Part shown: one piece after another, positions 44,331-60,457 of the stretch
Layout: every line of letters begins with the position of its first letter
How positions within the stretch are numbered: the stretch's first letter is position 1
NCBI GenBank assembly: GCA_964016885.1
Contig: OZ024756.1
Location: 33,294,001 to 33,358,000 of the forward strand
Direction of reading: 5' to 3'
Source: Eledone cirrhosa
Lineage: Eukaryota
DNA: 64,000 nucleotides
Program-made: the position numbers and the translations under genes
The notes under the pieces: model-generated
What the model was told of the DNA's origin: nothing
Database searches by the model: none
The model's input: only the letters and a program-made list of their open reading frames with translations

Positions 44331-45099
44331 AACATTTTATTTTAGACTGAACTCACATAGCGCTTGCTCCTCAACTGATTTTAGTTGCATTGTTTTATTT
44401 CTGTTTATTTGTATTTTATTTCAAATGTAACGATATTTCTTTTATATATTCAGGTGTGTATGTAATTTTTTCAACATATATTCTTCGCATAATGTATAAG
44501 CAATTATTTTCCAGCCTTTGTTTTTTTATATAGATATTTGGCCATGTCCACACATGATTCTAATCCGTTATATATTGTGATACTCAACGAATGGGGGCTC
44601 CCATGTGGAATATATGAAACTATTATTATTTTTATTATTATTATTTTTTTTATGTTTTTTTGATAAGCCACGTAATGATAATTATGATTTCTAATTTCAG
44701 CATTTATCAATATATCTTCAATCAGAAAATTCTCTTATCCCAGAGACCCACAGAAACACACACTCTCAAAGTTAAACCCGCGACAACACCCATAGAGACA
44801 CACACACACATACACTTATCTCTATGTATATCAGAAAAAAAATTGTTTTAATAACACAGAAGTTGATACACTTTTTGGAATGATACATATTGGAATTTTG
44901 GCTTCAGAACAATTTCTAATTCGCTTTGTACATTCACAGTTGCATTGCCTGGTCATCTTTTACTCTATACCTCGTTTCATTCACACACAATCATCATGCT
45001 TACCGTTAAAATATAATAAACATTCACACATAATCTAGTGCATACATACACACAGATTATATATATATTATACATATATATATATATGTATGTGTGTGT

Positions 45100-45202
<103 letters not shown>

Positions 45203-45255
45203 TAATATATATGTTTATATATATATGTGTATATATATATATGTGTATATATATA

Positions 45256-45305
<50 letters not shown>

Positions 45306-45983
45306 CAATCAGTTGATTGCAACTATTTTCAAAACGCAATGTTACGAATTCCTTCTCATTTCATCCTAATGAAACCGTTCCTTATACCTGTTTACCCTGT
45401 AATTATTTTATTTTTTCGTATTTATATTATTTTTACTTGTTCTGTTATGTACTAAATATTTCATTCCCAAATCGATGTTGTTTTGTTACAGATCTGAATG
45501 TTGTTATTTTGTCAATTATCCACCTACTTATTTAATGCATGCCTTCTCAATTTATTTCAAATTCTTTAAAAAGGTAAACTTACTGTTATTTCAATTTGTT
45601 GTAATTCCATGTATGTTGTTAACATGAAAACAATAATCAATGAGCATATATGCATTCATATTTAGTTTCTTTTTTTTTATTCTGTTGTATAACTATTTTG
45701 TTAAACCTAATGTGTCGTATTATATTTTCGTTGTTTGTGAAGTTACTTTTCATGTTGCTCACAATTTGTTGTTTTTATTTTTCCTTTTCACCTCCATGTT
45801 TTACCTTCCAGCACATATCACTAAAATATGATCATTTAAATGAAAATGATCTTATTTTCTTTATATTTCGAGGAATACATTAGAATAGAAACCTTAGTTT
45901 GGCACGAAATCTGAAATTCAAAACAATTTCGTTGCCACCAACAAGGCCAACCATAAAACCTTATTTATTCTGATATGTTCCAG

Positions 45984-46043
45984 ATGACAACAACACACTG
46001 TCTGCACCTCCAACTACCAGTAAACCAGAGGTCCCCGAAAAAA
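45984..46043 (+). CDS. 60-nt symmetric exon, Ser/Thr/Pro-rich stalk
   Basis: gttccag|AT and A|gtaagt, phase 1-1. Translates YDNNTLSAPPTTSKPEVPEK, frame-compatible with the FN3 exon. Confidence 0.75.
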
Positions 46044-46895
46044 GTAAGTTGAACACATATCATATAGATATATATGTATATATTTAAATTATATATATAT
46101 ATATGTATTTATATTGACCAAATTAGATTTACTATCCATTACAAAACATAACGAAAATTTAAAACACATACATATTTCGTCCCAATCATATATAAATACT
46201 TAGAACCATTCAGTCATACGATTTAATGTCTTTTATTTATAATCATATAATTAATTCCATTAAAGCGAAACAAGAACGTCAACTAGAAACATATTGTGAC
46301 AAAGTGATTTTTATTACAATTCCAATAATCCATCTCTATAATTTCCTGACTCATGAAATAAAATCATATTAACAACGATCGATATCTCTCTTATTCTGCA
46401 ATATTACATACATATATACTCCCAAACGGTTCAGAGTTTACAATGAACATGTTTGAAATTCAATGAACTTGAAAAACAAAACATACCAAGAATATGACTG
46501 AAATACACGATCGATTACTTGAACGGGAATATGTCAAATAAAAAGCAAAGTACATTTATATTTTTAATGAGAAAGCATGAACGATTCACAAAAAGAAATG
46601 ATAATAAACCATTTGTATAAAGGTATAGTTGGTCGAGGTTGCACAGATATGATATGCACAGTAAACAATAAGCTCACTATTACAAAGAGTGCATCACCTT
46701 ATCTTCACTGCATAGTAACGCTAGCATTCGTCATTCACCTATTCGACTGAGTCAAGTTCAACGGAGTATAATCACTACTTATCATGCGTGAAATTTCGGA
46801 AATTAATCTAAAAGGCTCCCTCTGCAGTTTCCCATGTAAATTTACATGCATACACGTAAACATTCAAATGAACACACAAGCACAAACACACATAG

Positions 46896-47326
<431 letters not shown>

Positions 47327-47343
47327 TATATATATATATTAGA

Positions 47344-47383
<40 letters not shown>

Positions 47384-47667
47384 CTGCACACTAAGCAACT
47401 AAACTATATTAGATTACTACTTACATCACATATATGTTCATATACAATATAAAATTTAAAAGCCTTCATGCTATCTTGTAAAAACTAAATATTTCCCCGT
47501 AGACTGGAAGAATTCTGGACATAACTAATCGATTTGAGATTTTCGTCTTTCCAATGGCTAATACTCTCTATCGGTCGCAACTCCAAGTAGAAGGAGTAAC
47601 ATGAAATAAAGTGTCTTGCCAAGGACATAACGTATCGCCCGGTCCGGGAATGGAACGCACAAACTCA

Positions 47668-47704
<37 letters not shown>

Positions 47705-47920
47705 ATGAGTTATATCGTTTGTTGATTATTCAATAAATTAATTTTACATCAGATTAGAAGCACTCTACAGCTTTATCTGGAGTAACATTAGTATTAACAA
47801 TATTAAAAAATGGAAAATATCTTTACAAAACTATATCTATTTTATAATACGTATTTCAAATGTACTAACATTTTAGTAGGCTTTCGTCAAATAAAATATA
47901 ATATTTGGTGTTAAGATAGT

Positions 47921-47991
<71 letters not shown>

Positions 47992-48035
47992 GATTCTAGA
48001 ACATGGATGTTCGATAATAATAGATTTATAATTTA

Positions 48036-48220
48036 ATTGTTTCTACTTTTGGCACAAGGCCAGCAATTTCCCAGTTCATTACTGGTACTTTATTTTATCG
48101 ACCCTGTAATGATGAAAGGCAAAGTTAACCTCGGCGGGATTTGAACTCAGAATGGCAAGGGCTGTAACTCTATACGTCAAAGCATGGCCTCCGACCCTCT
48201 ACCGATACTGGCAATCCACG
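48036..48220 (-). mobile_element. tRNA-derived SINE
   Basis: Full-length family copy. Confidence 0.88.
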
Positions 48221-49076
48221 AACTAATTGAAACGCCTTTCTTTAGTAATCCTGCTCAATTCCTGCAAGCAAATAACGTCATCAAAGTCATAATATATAAC
48301 TTTATGATGCTTTGAAACTACCCCTATGGAACGATATTTAGCTGGGTATATATTGGCGTAATATTAATATAGCTGGCTATTTATATAAATACATAGCCAT
48401 ATATATATATGCATACTTACATACGCCAATTCTCATATGTACTGTAATACGTACATATAAACTCAAACTCCTATACATGCACCCGCATATATATATATAC
48501 GAACATACCTATATATATACATACATATACGAACACCTATAGATACATAGATAAACAAACACCCATACATGCATACAGTAATATACATACATATACTGGG
48601 ACGAATATTATATTGAAAAGCTCAACCCCCAAGCCTTCTCATGTTATTCAGTAATTATATTTTTCTATATAAACATCGAATGATTTGAAATATACGTGAA
48701 GCAACGTCAGCCACACGACCTCCGTTTAGGTAAAATAGTTTATAGTTAGTTTTATATAATACAATATAACATTGTATAAAACTGTGTGTATTGGGCACAG
48801 AGGAAGAAATATTCCTCACAGTTCTACTCTAATTATGTTGTATAATTCCAATTACACGAAACCCCCGTTGCTGTTATGACACTAATGTTCGTTGTTGTTA
48901 TGGAACCCTACATTGCAATCGACTATTATATATATATCTACATATTTATTTAGGTTTGAAGGTTCACCACTGGATAGAGTTGGTCAATCTTGATGTAATA
49001 ATATGGAGAGTACTCAACGTAAAGCAGCTCAACCGTCTTCGTTTTTGTAGTAGGTGGTGGAGTACGGAGTTAATTA

Positions 49077-49427
49077 TTATAATAAAATAACAGGAGGCTG
49101 GACTTGTGTAAATCCTTGAAAGGTTTATTATACTATGATCATTTCAATGACCGGGTTCCGTATGGATCCGGTGATATCATCAGGTATTCGAAATATAATA
49201 AATGAATGTAACAGATAAAATCCATGGGGCTGAAAATCATAGACCCGAGGACGACCAACCATCTAGCATCGTCCACTTCCATGGATTTTATCTGTTACAT
49301 TCATTTATTATATTTCGAATACCTGATGACATCACTGGATTCATACGGAACCCGGTCCTTGAAATGCTCATAGTATAATAAACCTTTCAAGAATTTACGC
49401 AAGTCCAGCCTCCTGTTATTTTATTAT
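49077..49427. mobile_element. Fold-back element family G; hammerheads 49130-49187 (-) and 49319-49376 (+)
   Basis: Arms of ~150 bp around a ~50-bp spacer. ATAC-CTGATGA-...ACCGG..CCGGT...-GAAA-TGATCA-TA-GTAT. Confidence 0.82.
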
Positions 49428-49435
49428 ATATGTAC

Positions 49436-49494
<59 letters not shown>

Positions 49495-49626
49495 CGAATA
49501 GACCAAGCTATAAGAATAAGGCTTCTATGAAGAAATCTCCAACAAATAACCGAAACTATCCCTTCCCGTCGGCTGCGACAGAATATTTATCGAATATTTC
49601 GACAGCGTAATCGCCCAGATATAGAG

Positions 49627-49719
<93 letters not shown>

Positions 49720-50376
49720 ATAACAGACCAGACAGCTCGGGGAAACATTGTAGAAGTTATCGTACATTTAATAAGCAGGGAAACCCTTAGCTTAATAGGT
49801 AGAACTGCTTTTTGACAGCTACCAAGACTGGTGCAATGTGACATCAAATTTCTTGCTCGTGTACACCGGCTGATACCTGGAATCCAACGTATGACCGTAG
49901 CACTGTTATCAAAATGAATATTAAGCCAAGATTAGAAGTGAGGCTGGTAGACACCTGTATATATATACATAACAGTATTTAAGGTTGCCAAAATCCAATA
50001 GGTTTATCTAATATCCTGTTTCACTGCTCAAGTTTTTGGGGTGTAAAAATAAGGCCGTATTGTATATTACCCATCTAATCATCACACAACATATCACCGC
50101 ATTTCTGCCAAATCACAGAGCATAATTGTTTCTCCTTTTGGCACAAGGCCAGCAAATACCCAGTGTAGTACTGGTACTTTATTTTCACAGAGCATAATAG
50201 ACTATACATATAATTAGCTTGTAGTATATAATAAAATTTAGTCACCATTGCACATATATATTGTCCTATAGTTGTTGTGTTACTGCATCCTTTTTCTCGG
50301 AATGTACTTTATTACTTTAAATATTATTTTTACCTCATGTGCTTTTTGTGTCAATATTTCCCAATAACATCGTTCG

Positions 50377-50446
<70 letters not shown>

Positions 50447-50920
50447 ATATATATATATGTATAAATATGTATATGTATGTATGTATATAGATATTTCTTT
50501 CTCTGGATGGTGTTTATATGTTACATGAATTTATATATTGTTCAAATCGAAACATAATTTACTTCATTTATTTCATACATGCAGTTTATTCAGGATATAG
50601 CCCGATCTGCCTACTTAATCACAGGAAGACCTAACGTAGGCGCATCAGGTGGCGATTATATATGCATATATATATATATATATGTGTGTATGTGTGTGTG
50701 TGTGTGTTTATGTGTGTGTGTGTGTGGTTGTGTGTAAAAAAAGGCAGAACGAGGGAATCACAGTTGAACAGCAGGATTGTTTAAAACAATGGCAATAAAA
50801 ATGGAAAAGAGGAAAATATGGTGGAAAAGATGTGCGCATAACTCTGTATAGAGAATGCACATTATATATATATACATGTGTGTGTGTGTATGTGTGTGTG
50901 TGTGTGTGTGTATATAAGTG

Positions 50921-50980
<60 letters not shown>

Positions 50981-51000
50981 TGTATATATATATGTAAGTG

Positions 51001-51047
<47 letters not shown>

Positions 51048-52605
51048 TTATATAATGCTATAACATCTAGGAATTATACTGCCATGTTTCATCTATTTCT
51101 ACAACATTGTAAATAGAATTCTCTAATCTAAAGTCAGTTTATTAGTGACTTATATCAGAGAGAGTTTATTTCTGTAAGTTGTTGAACGTGTTGAACGTTG
51201 TATCTATCACATTTATTTCTAATGATTAGCACATATAAGACCCACATAATTAAATAGTAAGTGGCTACGAGTAGTTATTCTGCTATGACTATGGCATTCT
51301 TTGCTGTCTTCATTTTCCTTTCATTTCCTACATTTGTTTTTTCTTTTTTCGTTTACTTATTCTACATTTATTTATTTTCCCTATATTTCTTATTAATGTC
51401 ATTCTGTACATTTTTTTATTCTTCTCGTTCTTCATTCTCTCGTTCTTTTATAGTTTCTGTCTTATTTCTAACGTATTTTTATCTTTTTCTCACACGATCT
51501 TAGTCTTCGGCGTCTTTATATTATATTATCCTTCTCTTTGTTATGCATGAAGTTGGAAAATTTAGTTGAATCATGAAAGCGATGTCAACGTTAACTTTCA
51601 TCTGTTTCGGTGTAGGTTGAGCACCAATCTCTTGCTCGTGTGGTTACCTGTCTCTTTGCCTCATTTTCTTATCTTCTTCTGTACTTCTACATATACTTCT
51701 GATTTGAAGCATCGTGAAAATTAATGCCAGAGAATAAATACCCTGGCACGTTAATTTAAGGAATAAGAATGCCTTTAGTCAAACAACTGAATTTATGTGG
51801 TCGAGTTGAAAACGAAACCCATGCTTAAATATAAGTTTCGATATATTTAAGCATGGGTTAATTCTACGGCATGAAGAGTAGATTTGATCCAGACGGTTTT
51901 ACGACAATACTGGAACATGTTTGCTTTAACGACTCTGACTGTAAATGCCCAAATGGAATACTCTTTCCTGGGAGGAAAAATGGTCCAAGAATTCTAAGGT
52001 TTCAGCCTCATTTTTTCAGCAAAGAAAGCCACAGAGGAGTTTAAGTTTTCTAAAGGAAGAATATTGTCTAACCTTTTCTTGTTGGTGCCGATGGCCAGCG
52101 AGAGCACCGCTGTTCTCAATCCTCGGTCTGCCACCACCATTTTCCTCCTCCAAGTCCAATGGAGGTCATCAAACATGACGAAGAAGCCCAACAAGTGAGA
52201 ATTGCTAATGCAATTCGCTTCGCTGGTTATTCTATGTTGCTACGTTACCACTATCTTCTCAATGGGATGTACTTGATATATACCACCAAAACAACGGGGT
52301 AGAGCTTTCTATATCCCCATTTCTCCACTCCTTTGTTTTATAATCTTTGTACTCCTCTTTCTTTTTGTCTCTATTGTAAATGACATTCTAAGTGTGGACA
52401 ATTTTAGAAAAGCTATATAAACAGTATCGAAGGCTCAATAAATACTAAAAGTGAGTGACGTGACAATATTTATAGATCAGAGAGATCAGATAGCATTTCT
52501 TATGGGAGGTAATCTATCAAAGTCTTTATATCATTGCGTATTTCATTTGTCTGCTATTGATATAGTATTCTCATTGGTGTCATGTAAAAATAATATCAGA
52601 CTCTC

Positions 52606-52695
52606 CTTCTTCGTCGTCGTCGTCGTCGTCGTCGTCTTCTTCTTCTTCTTCTTCTTCTTCTTCTTCTTCTTCTTCTTCTTCTTCTTCTTCTTCTT
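52606..52695. repeat. Compound (GTC)n(TTC)n microsatellite
   Basis: Direct inspection. Confidence 0.95.
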
Positions 52696-52923
52696 GTATG
52701 TTTACACTTTGTTTTTTCTCCAACAGTAGTATCAATGACATTATCGTCATGATCGTTATCAATTTCACCAACACAGTCATCATCATCATCAGAAGCAGCA
52801 TTATCATCGTTAACATCAACGACATTTTCATGATAAAGAAATATATTGGGTCGTTAAGTATGAAATGTGTAAACATTTGCTATTTTTCTTACAAATCTCT
52901 ACAAATTTCATACTTGACGACCC

Positions 52924-53050
<127 letters not shown>

Positions 53051-53057
53051 GATATAT

Positions 53058-53127
53058 AGAAGTGGTGGTAACACAGCAGTTAGTTCACCATACCGAGAAC
53101 AATTGTTTCACCTTAGCGGATCCTCAG
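53058..53127 (-). mobile_element. Single-arm copy of family D, truncated at the 5' edge of the hammerhead core
   Basis: Matches 17157-17222 and retains CTGAGGA...GAAACAATTGTTCTCG. Confidence 0.75.
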
Positions 53128-53144
53128 TATATATATATATTTAT

Positions 53145-53403
53145 ATAGTCAGCTCAAAAGTGACACAGAGGAGACTGAGGTTAGCTGGACATGCTCACCG
53201 ACATCCAGAGTTGACATTGCACTCAGTGCTCCTTTGGGAGCCCCTACATGGACACACTAGAAGAGGAAGACCAAGGTTAACGTATGTTGATGCCCTAAGG
53301 ACAGACACTGGTCTGTTGGAGACGCAGGACATGGCAGCGATAATGAGGGACAGAGACCGCTGGAGAGAACTCGTCCATGGATCTCGGGAATTTTACCCGC
53401 CTT

Positions 53404-53406
<3 letters not shown>
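53145..53406 (+). mobile_element. RTE-clade LINE 3' fragment
   Basis: RRLRLAGHAHRH...VLLWEP.HG..RRGRPRLTYVD.L..D..MRDRDRWR is the typical RTE C-terminus; flanked by (TA)n. Confidence 0.85.
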
Positions 53407-53434
<28 letters not shown>

Positions 53435-53473
53435 CTAAAAATGAAATAAATACAATAAAGATTATTAATATTG

Positions 53474-53533
<60 letters not shown>

Positions 53534-53728
53534 TTTGTGTGCCTGTAACACTTATATTAGCAAATAATCTAACATTTAACATGTAGACTCACACAGAATC
53601 CATATATATGCGAAGATATAACCAAGATGCATCGCATTAGTAGCATGAAGAAGCTGTGTGTGAATGAATACTAATGAGGGTGACAAGTAATGAGGTTTAA
53701 CTGAAAGACATAATAATATGATTTCTCG

Positions 53729-54165
53729 TAGGCCAGGAATTTGCCGGGGGGGGGGGTCGATTAAATCGACTCCAGTACGTGACTGGTACTTTATTTAATC
53801 AACCCCGTAAGGATGAAAGGCAAAGTTCACCACGGCGGGATTTGAACTCAGACGCTAAGGATCCGTAACTCTATACTGGAAAGCATGATGTCCGACTCTG
53901 CCAATCCACCGCCTTAACAATAGTGAAATAATAATGGTTTCTAATATAATCACAAGGCCAGCAATTTTGGGGGAGGGTAAAGTTGATTAAATCGACCCAG
54001 TGCGTGACTGGTACTTTATTTTGTCGACCCTGTAAAGATGAAAGGTAAAGATAACCTCGGCGGGATTTGAACTCAGATAATAAAGAGCTGTAACTCTATA
54101 CTGGAAAGCAGGGCATCCGACCCGCTACCGATACTGCCAATCCACCGCCTTAACAATAGTGAAAT
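53729..54165 (-). mobile_element. Two tandem SINE copies
   Basis: Both are followed by CCTTAACAATAGTGAAAT. Confidence 0.88.
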
Positions 54166-54473
54166 CATTGTAACTAAGACCTAAACGCATGAAGCAATGA
54201 TGTTAAGGTTGAACACTGCATATTGTCGCTCGTTCTTAGAAGTTATCGTGATCAGCCCCTGATTGAAAATTCTGAGGTAGAATCCTGATAAGCAAGGCAC
54301 ATTGTTTCACATTGCTCCAGTCATATCTGCTGACTAAAATGAGACCTAACAGAAATTCAAAAAGCCACCTTTGTCAAAATATGCGTCAAACATAGTCTCT
54401 ATGAGAATTACACTACTGCTACACGTGTCTATGAGAGTTGCATAAGAATTTATTTTTGTGATAATTCACTCGC

Positions 54474-54882
54474 ATTATGTCTGTATAATAGGGCGGTGGA
54501 TTGGCAGTATCGGTAGAGGGTCGGACGCCATGCTTTCAAGCATAGTTACGTCCCTTTACAATCTGAGTTCAAATCCCGCCGAGGTTGACTTTGCCTTTCA
54601 TCCTTACGGGGTCGATAAAATAAAGTACCAGTAATGCACTGGGTAATTGCTGGCCTTGTGCCTAAAGTAGAAAGAATTATGTCTGTATAATGGATTGGAA
54701 GTATCGGTAGAGGGTCTGACGCCAGGCTTTGCAGCAAAGAGTTACGGCCCTTTATGGTCTGAGTTCAAATCCCGCCGAGGTTAACTTCGCTTTTCATCCT
54801 TACGGGGTCGATAAAATAAAGTACCAGTAATACACTGATATAATTGCTGGCCTTGTGCCAAAAAACAATTATGTCTGAATAA
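54474..54882 (+). mobile_element. Two tandem SINE copies
   Basis: Bounded and separated by ATTATGTCTG(T)ATAA. Confidence 0.9.
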
Positions 54883-56316
54883 GGCAATTCACCTGAGATG
54901 GCTTCTGACCAATCAGTTTGCCACAATTTCACTCTTTATATATGGTCCGAACGTGGAAGGGCCGAAAACTCACTGTCATCGCCTCCATCTCTCTCACCCT
55001 CCCATCACTCTGTATGGTGATCAAATGGGGTACCACGTGGTGGCCTCCCCGACTGAATGCCCTTTCATTGGAACATTAATTTTACTAACATTTATTTATC
55101 CAGGCGGAAAGATTTAAAAACGGTTTTAAACAAAACAACCTGCTCATAAAATTGTGTACATCGATATGCATCGCATTTATACACATTACTTACACACTCA
55201 CCCACACACCTACACCCACGCACATATATCATAACAAATATACCTATATATTTATGAATATATATATATATATATATATTATGACAAATATACATGTATA
55301 TGTGTATGGATAAATACACATAAATATATATATATTTGCATGTATATATATATATATATGTGTGTGTTGCTGTATATAATTGTGTCAATTAATGAAGATG
55401 AAAGAGGAAACCAGAACACAGTGAAAATTTTATATATGAACAATTTAATTACACTAGAAATTGGCACTAATTATGTGTATGATCAAAATTGCTCTAGTCA
55501 ATCAATAGTTCTAGGTATTGGCCCGCCATCAGATCCTATGACGAGTGTTTCTATAGTTGAAACAAGAGGATATCATACTAGTGAACTTAATGTGCAAGTG
55601 ATTGAGAATTTCATAGACACGTGAATCCTTAAAGTAACTAGCAGAAAAGCTACCCTTCGGGTGGTTTTCTGCTACAATGTACAGTGTGCATATTATATGC
55701 AAATATATATACATATAGATATGATACATCAAATAAAATCGTAATTGACAATATGCACTGAAATTGATAAAAAATATATTCTGGATAAAAAGTATATTAT
55801 GGAACGCAATCACGCGCTCCTCTCTTTATTATATTTAAGATTCTGTGTTTGTTATAAAGTGAAACTAATACGTGGAAAGATAAAATGGTTAAATTTAGAG
55901 CAGAATGAATACTAAATAGAACAGGCATATTATATCTACATTAGGCAAATTGATATTAGAAATTTCAGATAGTATTTCTCATGGCATATGAAAATTCTTA
56001 CTTAGCCTAAGGCATGCTATCAGTGCAGTTATTACATATAGAAGCATTGAAGTACTGACAATTCCACCAATTGAAACGACCAGTATCCTCTTCGTTTAGC
56101 ACAAAAAACGTCTGCCCGAATACAGAAATTCACATGTATATATTTATATGTATATATATATTTATATATATATATATCTATATATATATATATATATATA
56201 CAAATATATATATATATATATATATATAAATATAAAAGGTAAACAGAAATAACAACACAATCGGTACAGTATATGGAAGTGATATATTAGGTTAACGCTT
56301 GATATAGCAGGAAGAG

Positions 56317-56356
56317 TTTCTTAACGTTTCGGGCGCTAGTCCTTCGTCAGGAGAAA
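56317..56356 (-). ncRNA. Minimal hammerhead (family H), PLE-type
   Basis: TTTCTC-CTGACGA-AGGAC(TAGC)GCCC-GAAA-CG-TT-AAGAAA, ~90 nt from a (TA)n run on its 3' side. Confidence 0.7.
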
Positions 56357-56662
56357 GAATGAGAAATATGATAGATTGAGGGGACGGGCGGGATGGTATT
56401 TGAATAAATGTCTTTAGATAAAAATAACAGCTCCATTCATGTTGACATCTCTTGCAAAACTGTTGGTACTGGGGTTTTGTGTATGATTTATCTTTTAGAA
56501 ATGTTGTGGATAAGGGAGAGAGTTCACGTAAAAGGAGATGAATATGTAAATAGTGTGTCGTCTTGTTACCGGTGGCTGATATATTTCTGTGTCTATCTAT
56601 CTATATATCTATATATGTATATATTCTGACGACTGAAGACAAACACATCTGTCTTCAAATAT

Positions 56663-56740
<78 letters not shown>

Positions 56741-56798
56741 AGTTATGTAATAAACAACATAAGATAATTATTTCATTTACCAGTGGTTTCTTGAAGGC

Positions 56799-56842
<44 letters not shown>

Positions 56843-57014
56843 ACGTATATCTATATTTCTAAATACAACCATACATCCATACATCTATACATACATACCT
56901 TTTGTATGTATATATGAAGATACGACATATATCAACTTGCTCAATTTCTCTATCTGTTTTTCTTTTCTATCTTTCTTTCTATATCATTATTCTTCTCTTT
57001 CTCAATTATTTTAG

Positions 57015-57074
57015 GAGAAGAAATGGAAACTTCAACAACTACCATTCTGCCAAAAACAACGCTGGCCCTGCCTA
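57015..57074 (+). CDS. Second 60-nt symmetric exon, Thr-rich stalk
   Basis: Long pyrimidine tract then ttttag|GA, donor A|gttagt, phase 1-1. Translates REEMETSTTTILPKTTLALP. Confidence 0.72.
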
Positions 57075-57516
57075 GTTAGTTACACATACATGATTTGTTT
57101 TATTTTTCTTCCATATCACATAATTAAAACCCATCAGACATACCTACTCTGCTTCCTTGGTTTACATTACCCGAGCATTACGTTTAATCCTTACTAGATT
57201 GCCCATTGCATAAGTTTTAATACCTATTCGTAATCTTAACATGTTAACTCTGAAAGACTTTTCTTCTCATTAACAGTCATCATGCTTATATTTTCTTACA
57301 GATTGGTTTGTTGTGTTGTCTGTTTACCGTTTTTAATTTAATGAGCATTTACAATTACTTGAACATTCATTTATGTGTTTACTACTGAACTACCCGAATA
57401 CGTATATACATACATACACATACACATGAACACATATATATATATATATGCTCCCAATCAACACCCTCTCCTACAACCAGAAAAAATATAAATACCACTA
57501 TATTACTTGGACAGCC

Positions 57517-57577
57517 GGCTTCCTGATGATTTTTCCAGAATGTAACAGTTCTAGTCCTGTAAAAGCCTTTTCTATAT
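57517..57577 (+). ncRNA. Family F hammerhead copy with core mutation (GAAA to GTAA)
   Basis: GGCTTC-CTGATGA-TTTT(TCCA)GAAT-GTAA-CAGTTCTAGTCCTG-TA-AAAGCC followed by (TA)n. A further remnant lies at ~34870-34906. Confidence 0.65.
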
Positions 57578-59126
57578 TATATATATATATATATATGTAT
57601 TTATATATATTTGTGTATATGTATATACATATATGCAGGTATATATACATAGTATATATATGCTACTCTACATGTAGTTGCTGCGTGTTAATCTCCACGA
57701 TCACAGCACCTAACAGCATTCACCCGTTGAGACGGTGTCCGTAGGTTATGCTCTACACTGTGTAGGACAACCTTTCTCCATTCATTAAACCCTGCGATGC
57801 TACCCACAGAATTCCGATGCTGTTGCATACACCTAAACAATGTTTAAGTTAACACTTCGTTGAAGGCTTTCTATTTTCTCTCAGCATTGGTCTAGTATTT
57901 GCACACATACAGACCCACACACATACACACCTATTCATATATATATATATATATATTAAACGAAAACGTAATCGTTTTCTCAAACCCAACACCAGCATCC
58001 CTACTATTACTTATTGACTCCAGCCAAAACATCGCCGCAAAATCCATTTTACCAGCTTAAGTGATAGGCTGCTACACACTTTTTACTGTTGCAGATTTTC
58101 ATCTCCATGCTTTAAGAATTGTATTCCGAATAGTATCAATAATATAATGATGATTTAATTTATCATATGATTAGGTCTAATAATATTCCATGTAATGCCT
58201 CATGTCTATATATTTAGTGCTTCTTGTGTGTTGTTTTATTTACAGCTATATATACTCAAAATTTCATTTTTCTTCAAGCAGAATCTTTAGTTTGATTTTT
58301 TTTGTTTTGTGTTTTTCTTGTTGTTTTTGCCCTACTAACACAGTGTTTTTCAACCTAGAAATGCAACATATCTGCTGGTCATATATAGAGATTTAATGTT
58401 GACAGAATATTTTTTAAATATCTATTCAATAGGAATATTCCAGTTATTTGTTTTAAAGTTGAAAGTAAACCAATATCGAGTTACGTTGTTATATCTCACT
58501 TACGTATTATCGTCCTTCGTGGGATACGTATGCGTGTGGTGTCATAAAAGAAAACTAGAGATTATTTACACGACATGTGGATTATAGGTGGTCCCTTAAT
58601 ACAATTGGAGTTAAAGGACTGAAATCAGCAAGACAATTTGATAGCGATATGAACTAAAATGAAATAAAATAATTAATTTCTGGAAATATTACTATGTTCA
58701 ATTGAAACCACTGACACTGAATAAAATATGTATTTTGGTATTTGCCAAGATAAATTATTTTCATGTAAGAATATGGAAATATATATATTTGCTTATTCTT
58801 TACTTATGAATGACAATTCTGTAATATATGTGACATTATATACGATGTATCCATTTAAAACCAGAAAATATTAAAATGCACCTTAATAGAATATCCGAAA
58901 ATCATATATTACTCCTATATTTTCTGAGTTACTACTTAGATTCTGTGTCTACTTATGGCAATAAATATTGTTCTTTATCACTGCTGACCGCATTGAAAAC
59001 AAACATTGACGGTTGAAATACTCTGAACTAACGCATTTGTTTTGTTATTTTATATAATGTAGAATTGTGGAATGCCATTCGAAATTCATTGTTTAATTTT
59101 ATTTAATGTTTTCTCAGTTTGCTATG

Positions 59127-59179
<53 letters not shown>

Positions 59180-59340
59180 CAAGTTAAAGCTTCATCGACC
59201 ATTACTAACCTGGATTTCACCTTTGATTAAATAACACAAATTAAAATGTTTTGATACAAACAATACAAATATAACATATGAATAAATGTTGTTTCTCACG
59301 AAGTATTTTTTGTTAAATATACAAGTCACCCGGTAAGAAA

Positions 59341-59480
59341 AGAGGTGAATTGGCAGAGTCAGTAGAACGGGTGGCAGAATGCTTTGTGGTGTTCGTTCCG
59401 TCTCTCTGCACTCTGCGTTAAATCTCGATGAAGTCAATTTTTCAATTTACCTTTTCAAGTACGATCAATAAAATACCAGA
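59341..59480 (+). mobile_element. Old diverged SINE of the same superfamily
   Basis: GGTGAATTGGCAGAGTCAGTAGA head and degenerate core. Confidence 0.6.
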
Positions 59481-60344
59481 CTTCCTCTCTCTTTCTCTCT
59501 CTACATCTCTCCTTCCACTGGAATAAATTGGTTATGTTCTAACTTGGAGAGGGACGAGTTAGGAGAGATTTAAATGCCAAAGCCATGCCTTATGGTATCA
59601 TTATGCCTTTACAACTACCTCGGGCATTAGGTTCTCATGGACTCGGTAAGAAAAAAACATCTAATACAAAGCCAAAAGTAATTTTCCGTTATGTTTGTAA
59701 ATATGAGGCATATGAATTCTCCATGGAAATTAATTAAACATTTTTTTTTTTTTACAATGTCTGAAGTGAATTTACTAATATAAAAATATAACATTTCTTT
59801 ACAGTTCCATGCTTAAGATTTAATAATTTTAAGTCAGTTTTGTATAATATATGTTTCAAATATTTCTCGATTAATACACAGAAGTTACTGGTAAAATTGT
59901 TAGGAATGGAATGACAAACGTAACTATACGTTGATTATGTAAAACAAGTACAAATATTCATAACAAAAACAACAACGAGGCAGTTTAGTATATTTTATTT
60001 GAACCTACATTAAGAATGACGAAACTCATTTCAAATGTAACATTTTTTATGAAGAGGAGAATAGCAATGATAATAATGGAATAATGGAGCACGTCTGAAC
60101 CAGAGTTTCTTTATTGTATTTTATAAACAAAGATAGAATTAGTTTTGTACACAGTTCCAGCCATTGATGATAATCTTGTTGCAAGAGAAATCATGCTCGA
60201 AATATAACCAAGGCATAAATGTGAATACCAATAACAGATTAACATTTGCAATCATATAAAAATAGTTCGTATATATATATATATATTTCTAGAAATATAT
60301 ATATTTTATATATAATTATATATATATGTATATAACTTTATATA

Positions 60345-60394
<50 letters not shown>

Positions 60395-60457
60395 AAATCC
60401 AGTTTCATATGCTTTATTTTTACTGATATATTGTTTCCTTATTTCTGTATTTTTCAG

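Noticed and set aside
50601-50648. Possible extra 48-nt phase-1 exon (TRSAYLITGRPNVGAS)
   Set aside because: Acceptor has competing upstream AGs and the donor gtggcg is weak; unsupported without RNA data.
51900-52200. GC-richer coding-like stretch
   Set aside because: No frame gave a recognisable motif; probably a decayed TE that I cannot assign.
54491-54580. tRNA gene from A/B boxes
   Set aside because: The boxes belong to the SINE head; there is no complete cloverleaf and many dispersed copies exist.
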